Positions 9,148 to 18,896 of a stretch of DNA of 64,000 nt are shown here, in pieces. Position 1 is the stretch's first letter; the number at the start of each line of letters is the position of its first letter. A program made the position numbers and the translations under genes. The stretch comes from Candidatus Limnocylindria bacterium. Lineage in GTDB: Bacteria > Chloroflexota > Limnocylindria > QHBO01. The stretch covers positions 4,000-67,999 of the forward strand of contig DATBIK010000007.1 in assembly GCA_036556985.1 (NCBI GenBank). Reading direction: 5' to 3'. Below the pieces are notes generated by a model. That model did not search any database. It was given only the letters and a program-made list of their open reading frames with translations, and was not told where the DNA came from.

Positions 9148-10992
9148 GTGCCGACCGGGGTATCACGAGTTCCTGCACCCAGTACGAGGCCCTGCGTGTC
9201 GCCGTCCACGACGTCAGCCACCAGCGCCACCGGGCCGGAGACGCTCGACGCCGTCGCCGTCCGTCGGCGGCTGCTGCGGGCGTTCACCGCATTGTTCGTC
9301 GGGGTCATGGCCGTCGCCGGCCTGCCGGCGATGCTCTCCGACGTCGACAGCCTGCCGGTCCTCGCCTGGGTCGCGACCCTGGCCGCCTGCGTATCGGTGG
9401 GCATGGCACTTGCCGCGCGGCACGTCCTCGGCCCGATCGAGCGGCTCGTCGCGACCGGCGAGCGTCTGCGGGGCCTCTACCAGGACGCGCGAAACGACTC
9501 ACTGGTCGACCCGCTCACCGGCCTGGGCAACCATCGCGCCTTCCAGGAAGAGCTGCCTCGGCAGCTGGAGGGAGCCCGGGAGCTGGGATACGCGCTCTCC
9601 GTGGCGCTCATCGACGTCGACGACCTGAAACGCACCAACGACGAGCTCGGGCACGCCGCGGGCGACCGACTCCTCGCCGCCATGGGCCGGCTCATCGCCA
9701 CGATGATGCGCTCCGGCGACCGTGGGTTCCGCATCGGCGGCGACGAGTTCGTCGTGCTCATGCCGCGAAGCGGTGCCGATGGTGCCTACGTCAGCGTCCG
9801 GCGCCTGCTGGCGATGGCCCTTGGCGACGAAGGGGCGTCGCACGGGCGACCGTCGTTCTCGTTCTCGGCGGGCATTTCGACCTACCCGGAGCTCTCGCCG
9901 GACGCCACACGGCTGCGCCGCCAGGCCGACACAGCGCTGATGTGGGCGAAGCGGCACGGCCGCACCGATGTGCAGATCTTCGACCCCGATCGGCACGGTG
10001 CGGCGGACGACCATCGGGCGACGCCCGAGCTCGCCGCCGCGGTGGCGGACATTGCCCAGCGGCGCGCGCTCGTCCCCCGCTACCAGCCGATCTTCGACCT
10101 CGCCACCGGCGAGCCGGTCGGCTTCGAGGGACTCGTCCGGCCCGATGAGACTTCGCAGTTCGCCGATGCGGTGAGCCTGTTCGTCGCGGCCGAGGCGACC
10201 GAGCGCACCGTCGAGCTCGACCTCGCCGCGATCGAGGTCGTGGCGGCGGCCGTGGGCGACGCCGTGGCGGGCAGATACCTCAGCCTCAACCTGTCGCCGC
10301 GGACGCTGGAGGCCGGCGCGTTCCGCGCCTCGGACGTGGTCGTGATCCTCAACCGCCATGGGATCGACCCGCATCGGGTCGTCATCGAGCTCACCGAGCG
10401 CGAGGCGATCGAGGACCTGGCGCGGCTGCAGGAGAACCTGGATGCCTGCCGCGCGGCCGGCATGCGGATCGCGGCGGACGACGTCGGCGCCGGAAACGCC
10501 GGGCTCCGTCTCCTGAGCCACATCCAGTTCGACGTCGTGAAGATCGACCTGTCCCTGGTCCAGGGCGGCGTCATGCGCGACGCGGCGCTCGGCGTGCTGC
10601 GCGCGATCCGCGAGCTCGCCGGCCGGACCGGGGCCGTGGTCGTGGCCGAGGGCATCGAAACCCCGGAACAGCTCTCGGTCGTGCGGCGGCTGGGGATCGC
10701 CGCCGGGCAGGGGTACCTCCTCGCCCATCCCGCCGACGAGCCGAAGCTGGATGCTGCCGATCTCGATTCCCTCGAGCACGTCCGGCACGATCAGGAGTGG
10801 GTGGACCCGCGGCTGGTGGCGATCGGCCTGGCCGAGGCACCCGGGGACCGGCCCCCGGACCCGCCGGCGCCCGACAGCGACACCCATGTGCCGGCCCCAC
10901 CCGTGCCTGCACCGGAGGCGACGCGCCCTCCTCGCCGCCGGAAACGGCGAGCGACGCCGTTGCCGGAGGAGGCAGCGCCCGGTGTATCCTGA
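9148..10992 (+). CDS. GGDEF-EAL domain protein (diguanylate cyclase / c-di-GMP phosphodiesterase)
   Basis: RIGGDEFVV intact GGDEF; EAL domain with YQPIFDLATGEPVGFEGLVR (EAL motif reads EGL) and conserved DDVGAG, KIDLS; N-terminal TM helices; Pro-rich tail. Confidence 0.85.
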   Translation: MPTGVSRVPAPSTRPCVSPSTTSATSATGPETLDAVAVRRRLLRAFTALFVGVMAVAGLPAMLSDVDSLPVLAWVATLAACVSVGMALAARHVLGPIERLVATGERLRGLYQDARNDSLVDPLTGLGNHRAFQEELPRQLEGARELGYALSVALIDVDDLKRTNDELGHAAGDRLLAAMGRLIATMMRSGDRGFRIGGDEFVVLMPRSGADGAYVSVRRLLAMALGDEGASHGRPSFSFSAGISTYPELSPDATRLRRQADTALMWAKRHGRTDVQIFDPDRHGAADDHRATPELAAAVADIAQRRALVPRYQPIFDLATGEPVGFEGLVRPDETSQFADAVSLFVAAEATERTVELDLAAIEVVAAAVGDAVAGRYLSLNLSPRTLEAGAFRASDVVVILNRHGIDPHRVVIELTEREAIEDLARLQENLDACRAAGMRIAADDVGAGNAGLRLLSHIQFDVVKIDLSLVQGGVMRDAALGVLRAIRELAGRTGAVVVAEGIETPEQLSVVRRLGIAAGQGYLLAHPADEPKLDAADLDSLEHVRHDQEWVDPRLVAIGLAEAPGDRPPDPPAPDSDTHVPAPPVPAPEATRPPRRRKRRATPLPEEAAPGVS

Positions 10993-11031
10993 CGCGACAG
11001 CCGATCCGCCTGTCGCGAGGTACCCACCCGC

Positions 11032-11277
<246 letters not shown>

Positions 11278-11278
11278 C

Positions 11279-11599
11279 GTGCCCGTCCGACTGATCGCCC
11301 TCTACAACCAGCCCGACGACCCGGCCGCGTTCGACGCGCACTACCGCGACGTGCACGGGCCGATCGTCCGGCGCTACCCGGGCCTGCGCGACCTGCGCCT
11401 GACCCGGACCGATGGGCTCGGCGGCCGCCCGCCGACCTTCTATCTGGTCGCCGAGATGACCTTCGACTCCCGGAAGGACCTTGACGCGGCGATGCGATCC
11501 GACGCGGGCGTCGAGAGCGGGCGCGACCTCCGCAACTTCGCCTCCGCGGGCGTGACACTGCTCGTCGTCGATGACGACGCTGCCGTGCCGGGCGCCTGA
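11279..11599 (+). CDS. EthD-family protein (TIGR02118-like)
   Basis: MPVRLIALYNQPDDPAAFDAHYRDVHGPIVRRYPGLR resembles the EthD domain; GTG start 2 nt after the fdxA stop. Confidence 0.6.
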   Translation: MPVRLIALYNQPDDPAAFDAHYRDVHGPIVRRYPGLRDLRLTRTDGLGGRPPTFYLVAEMTFDSRKDLDAAMRSDAGVESGRDLRNFASAGVTLLVVDDDAAVPGA

Positions 11600-11604
11600 T
11601 CGAC

Positions 11605-12558
11605 ATGCCGGAGCCCGTTGCGCCGCTGCCATCCGAACCGGCCGACCTCGGCTTCAGCCGCGTCCGCTATCAGAAGGATCACGCCACCGCCACCGCCACC
11701 GTGGCGATCGACCGTCCCAGCGTGCTCAATGCCTTCGACTTCGGCACGCTCCGCGAGCTGGCGCGCGCCTTCGAGGACGCGAGCTGGGACGATTCGGTGG
11801 CGGTCGTCGTCGTGACCGGGGCGGGGGACCGCGCCTTCTGCACCGGCGCGGATCTCGACGAGCAGGCCGCGATGGGGGCGCACTCGGGGCAGTACTGGCG
11901 CTGGATGGGTGCCTTCGTCGAGATGCATGACCGGCTGCGGAACATCGGCAAGCCGACGATCGCGCGCATCAACGGGGTCTGCGTTGGCGGCGGGCAGGAG
12001 CTGCAATTGGCCTGCGACCTTTCGGTCATCGTCGACGACACGTACATCCGCCATGTCGGCCCCGAGCACGGATCGGTGCCGGCCGGCGGCGCAACCCAGT
12101 GGCTGCCGCTCGTCGTGGGCGACCGGCGCGCGCGCGAGATCGTCATGCTCTGCGAGCGCATCGCGCCGAGCCAGGCGCTCGAGTGGGGCCTCGTGTCGCG
12201 GGTTGTGCCGCGCGCCGAGCTGGACGCGACGGTATCGGCCATGGCGGAGTCGCTTCGGCGCAAGCTGCCGGAAACGATTCGCTACACGAAGGCACAGCTG
12301 AACTGGTGGCGCGAGATGGTGTGGGCCGGGACCATCACGCATGCCCGTGACTGGCTGGCCGTGCACTCGACCTCCGACGAGACGCGAGAGGCCGTGGCCG
12401 CCTTCCACGACAAGCGCCCGCCGCGATACGACGCCCTGCGCCGCATGGCTCACGACCCGCGGCGCTGTGGGCGGTGCGGCGCGAGCGGGCTCCCCGCCGG
12501 CCACGGCTTCTGCGGGATCTGCGGTTCGCCGCTGACCGATGCCTGGGAGGGCGCATGA
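11605..12558 (+). CDS. enoyl-CoA hydratase/isomerase (crotonase) family protein with C-terminal CxxC...CxxC zinc ribbon
   Basis: Crotonase fold (AFCTGADL, INGVCVGGGQELQLACDL); tail RRCGRCGASGLPAGHGFCGICGSPL. Confidence 0.8.
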   Translation: MPEPVAPLPSEPADLGFSRVRYQKDHATATATVAIDRPSVLNAFDFGTLRELARAFEDASWDDSVAVVVVTGAGDRAFCTGADLDEQAAMGAHSGQYWRWMGAFVEMHDRLRNIGKPTIARINGVCVGGGQELQLACDLSVIVDDTYIRHVGPEHGSVPAGGATQWLPLVVGDRRAREIVMLCERIAPSQALEWGLVSRVVPRAELDATVSAMAESLRRKLPETIRYTKAQLNWWREMVWAGTITHARDWLAVHSTSDETREAVAAFHDKRPPRYDALRRMAHDPRRCGRCGASGLPAGHGFCGICGSPLTDAWEGA

Positions 12559-12607
12559 TCGTGCGGTCACTGGAACCACATTCGTCCTACGCGGCCAGGA
12601 CAGACAG

Positions 12608-13396
12608 ATGACAGCGGAGCAGACCGATCTCGTCCTCGTCGAGCGCCAGGACGGGCAGCGCACCGCGCTCGTGCGGCTGAACCGGCCCAAGCAGCTGAAC
12701 GCGCTGAACGGCGCGGTCATGGACGCGCTGTGCGAGGCACTCGAGGCGCTGGATCGCGACGAGGGCGTGCGTGCCATCGTGGTGACCGGCAACGAGCGTG
12801 CCTTCGCCGCTGGCGCGGACATCGGTGAGATGTCGGATGCCACCCCGGTGCAGATGCTGACGAGCAACCGCATCGGGCAATGGGACCGGATCCGGCGGAT
12901 CGCCAAGCCAGTGATCGCCGCGGTCAACGGCTGGTGCCTGGGCGGGGGCTGCGAGCTGGCGATGACGCTGGACATCATCCTGGCCGGCGAAGGGGCGAAG
13001 TTCGGGCAGCCCGAGATCAACATCGGCGTCATTCCCGGTGCCGGCGGGACGCAGCGCCTCACGCGGGCGATCGGCAAGGGCCGGGCGATGGAGATGATCC
13101 TGACCGGTGAGCCCATGGATGCCCGCGAGGCGGAGCGCCGCGGCCTGGTGGCGCGGGTGGTGCCGGACGAGCTGGTGGTGGAGGACGCGCTGGCATTGGC
13201 GGCCAGGATCGCCGAGAAGTCGCCGATCGCCCTGCGCCTGGCGAAGGAGGCGGTGAACGCCGCCTACGAGATGGGCCTCACCGATGCGCTCGCCCACGAG
13301 CGGCGCCTCTTCTACCTCCTCTTCGCGAGCGAGGACCAGAAGGAGGGGATGGCAGCCTTCCTGGAGAAGCGGAAGCCCGACTTCAAGGGCCGATAG
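12608..13396 (+). CDS. enoyl-CoA hydratase (crotonase)
   Basis: LNRPKQLNALN, AFAAGADI, VNGWCLGGGCELAM; ATG at 12608 preferred over the overlapping upstream start. Confidence 0.85.
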   Translation: MTAEQTDLVLVERQDGQRTALVRLNRPKQLNALNGAVMDALCEALEALDRDEGVRAIVVTGNERAFAAGADIGEMSDATPVQMLTSNRIGQWDRIRRIAKPVIAAVNGWCLGGGCELAMTLDIILAGEGAKFGQPEINIGVIPGAGGTQRLTRAIGKGRAMEMILTGEPMDAREAERRGLVARVVPDELVVEDALALAARIAEKSPIALRLAKEAVNAAYEMGLTDALAHERRLFYLLFASEDQKEGMAAFLEKRKPDFKGR

Positions 13397-13397
13397 C

Positions 13398-14360
13398 GTG
13401 GCCGGCCTCGGCAACCCGGATCGGCCGATCGGCGGACTGGCGGTCCGCACGCCGCCCGGCGTCGAGCTCCTGCCCTTGGGCCGCGACCACCTGCCGGCGG
13501 CCGTCGCCCTCGCCCGGGCGGCACGCGGACTGTCGGCGGTCGGTGAACTCGACGCACTGCGCCCTCGCTGGGAGGCGCTCGTGAACGACCCGGACACGAT
13601 TGGCTACCTCGCCGCGCGCAACGACGACCCGGTCGGCCTGGGGCTCATGCTCATCCGCCGTCGCCTCAACTTCGCCACCTTCGAGGGCTGGATCCCGGAG
13701 CTGGCGGGCCGCGACGAGGTGGCGCCCGCGCTGGCCGAGGCGCTCGTCGCCGAGTGGCGCCTGCGCGGCGGCCATCGCATCCTCGCCCCGGTGCCGGAGG
13801 GCGACGAGGTCCGCCGCCGAGCGCTCGCCAGCGTCGGGTTCGGGGAGGCGTTCATCGACTTCGTCCTCGCGCCGATCACCGTTGGCGAGTGGACCGAGCC
13901 GCGCGACGTCCGGCTGCGGCCGCTCGCCGAGGGCGACCTCGACGCGGTCACGCGGCTCATCGCCGAGTTCGGCTCGCGACGCTCGCCGGTGCCCGACCGC
14001 ATGGAGGCGGTGGGACGCACCTTCTCGGCGCACGCGCGGGACGTGGCCGCGGGCCGCGCGGCGTCGCTCGTAGCGGAGCTGGAGGGCGTCACGGTCGGTG
14101 TGTGCACGCTCGAGTGGCAGCAGCCGTTCTGGGCCGACGAGCTCCATGCCTGGATCCCGGACCTCGTCGTCACCGAACCGGTGCGCGGCCGCGGCATCGG
14201 GCGTGCGCTGCTTCTCGCCGCGCTACGGACCGCGCGAGACAATGGGGCGGCCGAGGTGCGGCTGGAGTCCGGCGCACAGCGCACAGCGGCGCACGGGCTG
14301 TATCGGTCCATCGGCTTCGCCGAGGTGGGGCACACCTGGGTGCTCCGCCGGGAGGACTAG
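13398..14360 (+). CDS. tandem GNAT-domain N-acetyltransferase
   Basis: Two acetyl-CoA-binding cores (second: VRGRGIGRALLLAAL...AHGLYRSIGF); GTG 2 nt after the upstream stop. Confidence 0.65.
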   Translation: MAGLGNPDRPIGGLAVRTPPGVELLPLGRDHLPAAVALARAARGLSAVGELDALRPRWEALVNDPDTIGYLAARNDDPVGLGLMLIRRRLNFATFEGWIPELAGRDEVAPALAEALVAEWRLRGGHRILAPVPEGDEVRRRALASVGFGEAFIDFVLAPITVGEWTEPRDVRLRPLAEGDLDAVTRLIAEFGSRRSPVPDRMEAVGRTFSAHARDVAAGRAASLVAELEGVTVGVCTLEWQQPFWADELHAWIPDLVVTEPVRGRGIGRALLLAALRTARDNGAAEVRLESGAQRTAAHGLYRSIGFAEVGHTWVLRRED

Positions 14361-14963
14361 GTGGCCGAGGAGCCGAGCAACTTCGTCCGGCGTCTGCCCA
14401 TCGGCGAGCGCATGCCCGCGGACGAGGTCGTGGCCGACCCGCTCTTCCCGTTCGAGGGCGAGATCAGGACGCGGCCCCTCGAGGCGCCGACGCTGCCCGA
14501 GCCCACCCGATTCGGTGAGTCCGCGGCGGATTGCTGGAGCTGCACCGACAGCGGCGACGTGCCGGCCCACCTCATCTGGCAGGACGAGCGATGGCGGGTC
14601 CTCGTGGATCCCGAGCCGCATGGCCTGCCGATGGTCGCGGTGCTCATGCCGCGGGCGCACCACGACCTGGAAGACCTCCCTCCCGATCTTGCCGCGGAGC
14701 TCGGGATCATGATCCAGCGTGTGGCCTGGGCGATCGGCCGGCTGGACGGGATCGGCCGCGTGCACGTGAACCGCTGGGGCGACGGCGGCTTTCACTTCCA
14801 TGTCTGGTTCCTGGCTCGGCCGCGGGGCATGCGGCAGCTGCGCGGCGCGATGATCGCGATCTGGGACGACCTGCTGCCGAAGGTTCCGGCCGATGAGTGG
14901 GCGGCGAGCCGGCATGCCGTGGCCGAGGCGCTCTCGGAGGGAGGCGGGCACTCGCTCGCCTGA
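14361..14963 (+). CDS. HIT-like domain protein (hypothetical)
   Basis: GFHFHVWFL resembles a histidine-triad motif with the third His replaced by Trp; GTG preceded by GGAGGA. Confidence 0.45.
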   Translation: MAEEPSNFVRRLPIGERMPADEVVADPLFPFEGEIRTRPLEAPTLPEPTRFGESAADCWSCTDSGDVPAHLIWQDERWRVLVDPEPHGLPMVAVLMPRAHHDLEDLPPDLAAELGIMIQRVAWAIGRLDGIGRVHVNRWGDGGFHFHVWFLARPRGMRQLRGAMIAIWDDLLPKVPADEWAASRHAVAEALSEGGGHSLA

Positions 14964-14967
14964 GCCG

Positions 14968-15354
14968 TCAGCCCTTCGGGCGCTCCACCCACCACTCGGC
15001 AAACTCGCGGGCGCGGCCCTCGTCCGCGAAGCGCACGAGCCAGATGTTGGCGTACGCCTCGTCCCATGGCTCACCCTCGCCACGATCGTAGGAAGTCCAG
15101 CCCTCGATCACCGCGGTGTCGCCCTCGACCGCCAGGATCTCGTGCTCGAAGCGCCAGCCGATCTTCGAGTCGCCACGGCCCTGCCACTTCTCGACGATCG
15201 TGTCACGACCGCGCCAGGCGTTCTCCCCGCGCGGCCAGGGAAACGGCGAGTACGTCGCGTCCTCGGTGAACAGGGCGCCGATGTCGGCTGCGTCGTCGCT
15301 CGCCCACGCCCTGCGGTAGCCCTCGATCCATCGCTCCACGCCGGCCCGGTCCAT
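14968..15354 (-). CDS. SnoaL-like / NTF2-like domain protein
   Basis: ~128 aa with W/Y-rich NTF2-like pattern (VERWIEGYRRAWASDDAADIGALFTEDATY). Confidence 0.6.
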   Translation of the reverse strand: MDRAGVERWIEGYRRAWASDDAADIGALFTEDATYSPFPWPRGENAWRGRDTIVEKWQGRGDSKIGWRFEHEILAVEGDTAVIEGWTSYDRGEGEPWDEAYANIWLVRFADEGRAREFAEWWVERPKG

Positions 15355-15385
15355 CGCTGCTCCTCCTGGGTGCCTGATGCGTCGA

Positions 15386-15406
15386 GACCGATGCTACGCA
15401 TCGGTC
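15386..15406. promoter_or_regulatory. 21-bp perfect inverted repeat (9-3-9) GACCGATGCtacGCATCGGTC in a divergent promoter region
   Basis: Read directly in the sequence between the SnoaL-like gene (-) and the crotonase/hbd/HAD operon (+). Confidence 0.4.
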
Positions 15407-15488
15407 CATCACCAGTCAAGTGCTGATGAGTGGTAACGCCCCGACGGTGACGCGCTCCCGGCAGGTGGTCGGCGGCTAGAATCGGCGC

Positions 15489-16286
15489 ATGCCGGATCCC
15501 GCCCAAGATCTCGCGCAGGACACGATCCGCGTCGAGCGCACCGACGGCGTCGCCACCGTCACGCTGAACCGCCCCGACTCGCTGAACGCGCTGAACGCCA
15601 CGATGCGAGCCGAGCTCCTCGCGGCATTCAAGGCCCTCGGCCGCGACGAGGCGGTGCGGGCGGTCGTGCTGACCGGCGCGGGACGCGGCTTCTGCTCCGG
15701 GGCGGACCTGCGCGGCGGCGCCGGGGAGCGCGACTTCCGGCGCGTGCTCACCACCGAGTACAACCCGCTGGTGCGCGCCATCCGCGACCTGCCGAAGCCG
15801 GTGATCGCCGCGGTGAACGGGGTGGCCGCCGGGGCGGGCGTGAGCCTGGCGCTGGCCTGCGACCTCGTCTACGCCGCGGAGGAGGCGCGCTTCATCCAGG
15901 CCTTCGTCCGGATCGGGCTCGTCCCGGACTCCGGCTCGACCCGGACCCTGGTGCGGGCGCTCGGCCGCCATCGCGCGGCGCAGCTGATCTTCAGCGGCGA
16001 CCCGCTGTCCGCCGCCGAGGCGCGCGAAGCGGGGCTGGTGGCCGCGGTCGTGCCTGCCGACCAGCTGGCCGCGACCGTCCGGGAGGCGGCCGCGGGCCTG
16101 GCCGCGGCCCCGACCCGCGGGCTGGCGCTGGCCAAGCGGCTCATGAACGCCGCCGAGGACGCCACACTGGACGAGAGCCTGGCCACCGAGGCCGCGCTCC
16201 AGGAGCTCGCCGGTCGCACCGAGGACCACGCCGAGGGCGTCGCCGCCTTCGGCGAGAAGCGGGAGCCGCGTTTCGTTGGCCGTTGA
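15489..16286 (+). CDS. enoyl-CoA hydratase (crotonase)
   Basis: LNRPDSLNALN, GFCSGADL, VNGVAAGAGVSLALACD. Confidence 0.85.
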   Translation: MPDPAQDLAQDTIRVERTDGVATVTLNRPDSLNALNATMRAELLAAFKALGRDEAVRAVVLTGAGRGFCSGADLRGGAGERDFRRVLTTEYNPLVRAIRDLPKPVIAAVNGVAAGAGVSLALACDLVYAAEEARFIQAFVRIGLVPDSGSTRTLVRALGRHRAAQLIFSGDPLSAAEAREAGLVAAVVPADQLAATVREAAAGLAAAPTRGLALAKRLMNAAEDATLDESLATEAALQELAGRTEDHAEGVAAFGEKREPRFVGR

Positions 16287-16287
16287 C

Positions 16288-17541
16288 GTGGCGCGGCCCG
16301 GCGTCCTCGCGGACCGTGGTGTGCCGGATGACGGCGGCGTGCCGGACGACCTCGGGGTGCTCGGCGCCGGGACGATGGGCGCCGGCATCGTCCAGGTCGC
16401 GGCCGAGGCCGGCGTCCCGGTGCGGGTCCACGACCCGGTGCCCGGGGCCACGGACCGGGCGCGAGAGCGGATCAGCCGCTTCCTGGCGCGCAAGGTCGAG
16501 AAGGGCGAGCTCTCCGCCCAGGACCGCGAGGCGGCGATGGGCTGCATCCAGCCGGTGGGCAGCATCGACGAGCTGGGCGCCGCGCACGTCGTGGTCGAGG
16601 CCATCCCCGAGGAGCTGGAGCTGAAGCGCGACGCGTTCCGCCTCCTCGACGCCACCGCCGCCGACCACACCATCCTGGCCACCAACACGAGCAGCCTGTC
16701 CATCGCGCGCATCGCGGCCGCCACGCGACGGCCGGAGCGGGTGTGTGGCATGCACTTCTTCAACCCCGTCCCGCTCATGCCCCTGGTCGAGGTCGTGGCC
16801 GGACCCATGACCGACCCGGTCGTGGCCGACTCCATCGCCCTCTTCGCGCGCCGCCTCGGCAAGACCCCCGTCGTCGCAGCCGACACCCCGGGCTTCATCG
16901 TGAACCGCGTGGCGCGGCCCTTCTACCTCGAGGCGCTGCGCATGCTCGGGGAGGGCGCGGCCGGGGTGGCCGCGATCGACGCCGCCATGCGGGGCATCGG
17001 CTTCCGGATGGGGCCGTTCGAGCTCATCGACACGATCGGCCTGGACGTGAACTTCGCCGTCAGCCAGAGCGTGCACGAGCAGTTCTTCTTCGACCCGCGC
17101 TACCGGCCGCACCCGATCCAGCGATCGATGGTCGACGCCGGGCGCCTGGGCCGGAAGGCGGGCGGCGGGTTCTACGAGTACGACGCCGATGGCGCCCGGA
17201 CAGGCCCCTGGCCCGGGTTCGATCGCCGGCCCGCGGGGCCCGCGGTCGCGGCGCTCGACGAGCAGGCCATCGCCGCCCGGATCCTGGCCACCATCGTGAA
17301 CGAAGCCGCCTCCGCGGTGGCCGATGGGGTCGCCTCCCCCGAGGCGATCGACACCGCCATGCGGCTGGGCACCGGCTATCCGTCCGGGCCGCTGGAGTGG
17401 GGCGAGCGCATCGGCCTGTCGCACGTGGTCCACACCCTCGACGCGCTGCACGCCGCCGTGCCCGACGGCCGCTACCGGGTCATCCCCATCCTGCGCACCC
17501 TCGCCGACGACGGCGGCTCGTTCTTCGACACGACCGCGTGA
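16288..17541 (+). CDS. 3-hydroxyacyl-CoA (3-hydroxybutyryl-CoA) dehydrogenase, long form with duplicated C-terminal domain
   Basis: Rossmann GVLGAGTMGAGIV, NTSSLSI, HFFNPVPLMPLVEV; GTG at 16288 chosen over TTG at 16276. Confidence 0.8.
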   Translation: MARPGVLADRGVPDDGGVPDDLGVLGAGTMGAGIVQVAAEAGVPVRVHDPVPGATDRARERISRFLARKVEKGELSAQDREAAMGCIQPVGSIDELGAAHVVVEAIPEELELKRDAFRLLDATAADHTILATNTSSLSIARIAAATRRPERVCGMHFFNPVPLMPLVEVVAGPMTDPVVADSIALFARRLGKTPVVAADTPGFIVNRVARPFYLEALRMLGEGAAGVAAIDAAMRGIGFRMGPFELIDTIGLDVNFAVSQSVHEQFFFDPRYRPHPIQRSMVDAGRLGRKAGGGFYEYDADGARTGPWPGFDRRPAGPAVAALDEQAIAARILATIVNEAASAVADGVASPEAIDTAMRLGTGYPSGPLEWGERIGLSHVVHTLDALHAAVPDGRYRVIPILRTLADDGGSFFDTTA

Positions 17542-18185
17542 ACGAGCTCCTGCCGGACCGATATCGCGCGGTCGTCTTCGACATGGACGGCCTGCTGCTC
17601 GACACCGAGGTCGTCTGGCAGCGCGCCGAGGAGGACCTCTTCCGGCGCTACGGCGACGAGTTCAGCATGGAGGACAAGCTGGCGGTCATCGGCACCAGCT
17701 TCGACCACACGGCGAGCTACTTCGCGCGCCGCCTGGGACAGCCGCCGGAGCGCGGGCCGGCGCTCGTGGACGAGCTCATGGACGCCATGCACGAGCATCT
17801 CCAGGTCCAGGTCGCGGGGCGCCCTGGCGCCATCGAGCTCGTCGAGCGGCTGCGCGGTCGGACGCGCCTCGGCCTGGCCTCGAACTCGCCGCGCCGGCTG
17901 GTGGATGCGGCGCTGGCCACCGCCCGCCTGGCCGACGCCTTCGAGGCGATCGTGACCTCCGACGATGCCGCATTCAAGCCGGCCCCGGACATCTACCTGC
18001 TCGCCTGCGAGCGCCTCGGGGTCGCGCCGGCCGAGGCGCTGGCGCTCGAGGACTCGGCGAGCGGGATCGCGGCCGCCAAGGCGGCCGGCCTGACCTGCAT
18101 CGCCGTCCCCCAGTTTGCCGAGATCGACGTCTCCGCCGCCGACCGCATCGTCGACTCGCTGGAGGAGCTGCTCGCGGAGACGTAG
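17538..18185 (+). CDS. HAD-superfamily hydrolase (subfamily IA)
   Basis: VVFDMDGLLLDTE motif I, SNSPRR, C-terminal EDSASGIAAAKAAG; GTGA overlap with the hbd stop. Confidence 0.8.
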   Translation: MNELLPDRYRAVVFDMDGLLLDTEVVWQRAEEDLFRRYGDEFSMEDKLAVIGTSFDHTASYFARRLGQPPERGPALVDELMDAMHEHLQVQVAGRPGAIELVERLRGRTRLGLASNSPRRLVDAALATARLADAFEAIVTSDDAAFKPAPDIYLLACERLGVAPAEALALEDSASGIAAAKAAGLTCIAVPQFAEIDVSAADRIVDSLEELLAET

Positions 18186-18194
18186 ACTCCGCGC

Positions 18195-18419
18195 ATGTGC
18201 CGAAGCATCAAGACCCTCCGCACCCTCGACGTGGCGGCGCCCGACGAGGAGGTGCGTGCCGCCGCCCTCCAGTACGTGCGCAAGGTGAGCGGCTATCGCA
18301 AGCCGGCGCCGGTGAACGAGGCCGCCTTCAACGCCGCGGTCGACGAGGTCGCCCGCGCGTCGCAGCGCCTGCTCGACGCCGTCACCGCCACCCACCCCGC
18401 CCGCCGCGCGGCGAGCTGA
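18195..18419 (+). CDS. DUF2277-like small protein
   Basis: MCRSIKTLR N-terminus characteristic of an actinobacterial small conserved family. Confidence 0.55.
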   Translation: MCRSIKTLRTLDVAAPDEEVRAAALQYVRKVSGYRKPAPVNEAAFNAAVDEVARASQRLLDAVTATHPARRAAS

Positions 18420-18422
18420 CCG

Positions 18423-18896
18423 TCAGGTCGCGGCGCCCTCCGCGAATGCGGCGGCGCCCGCCTCTGCGGCGAGCCCATCCTGTTCCGCGGAGCCGCCGCT
18501 GACGCCGACCGCGCCGACGAGCACGCCGTCCCGCTCGAGCGGCAGTCCGCCGGCGAAGACGATCATCCGTCCGACCGCGACCGAGTCGTAGCCGTAGAAC
18601 TCGGTGCCGGGCTGCACCATCGGCCCCAGGTCGCCGGTCGGCATGCGGTTCATGAGCGCGGTGTAGGCCTTGTCCTGCGCGAGGCGGACGCTGACCAGGT
18701 CGGCGCCGTCCATCCGCTCGAACGCGATGAGCTGGTCGCCCGCATCCACCACGGCCACGGCCAGCGGCACGCCCAGCCGCCGGCCCTCTGTTAGCGCCGC
18801 AGCCACCACGCGACGCGCAGCGGCGAGCGTGAGCCCGGCCGCTTGTGATGCGGTCGGGCCGCGACTCGGGTCGACGAGGTCCGGCATGTCGGTCAT
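18423..18896 (-). CDS. GlcG / DUF336 (heme-binding, PduO-C-like) protein
   Basis: LTLAAARRVVAAALTEGRRLGVPLAVAVVDAGDQLIAFERMDGA...GGLPLERDGVLVGAVGVSGG; ATGA overlap with the upstream permease stop. Confidence 0.7.
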   Translation of the reverse strand: MTDMPDLVDPSRGPTASQAAGLTLAAARRVVAAALTEGRRLGVPLAVAVVDAGDQLIAFERMDGADLVSVRLAQDKAYTALMNRMPTGDLGPMVQPGTEFYGYDSVAVGRMIVFAGGLPLERDGVLVGAVGVSGGSAEQDGLAAEAGAAAFAEGAAT

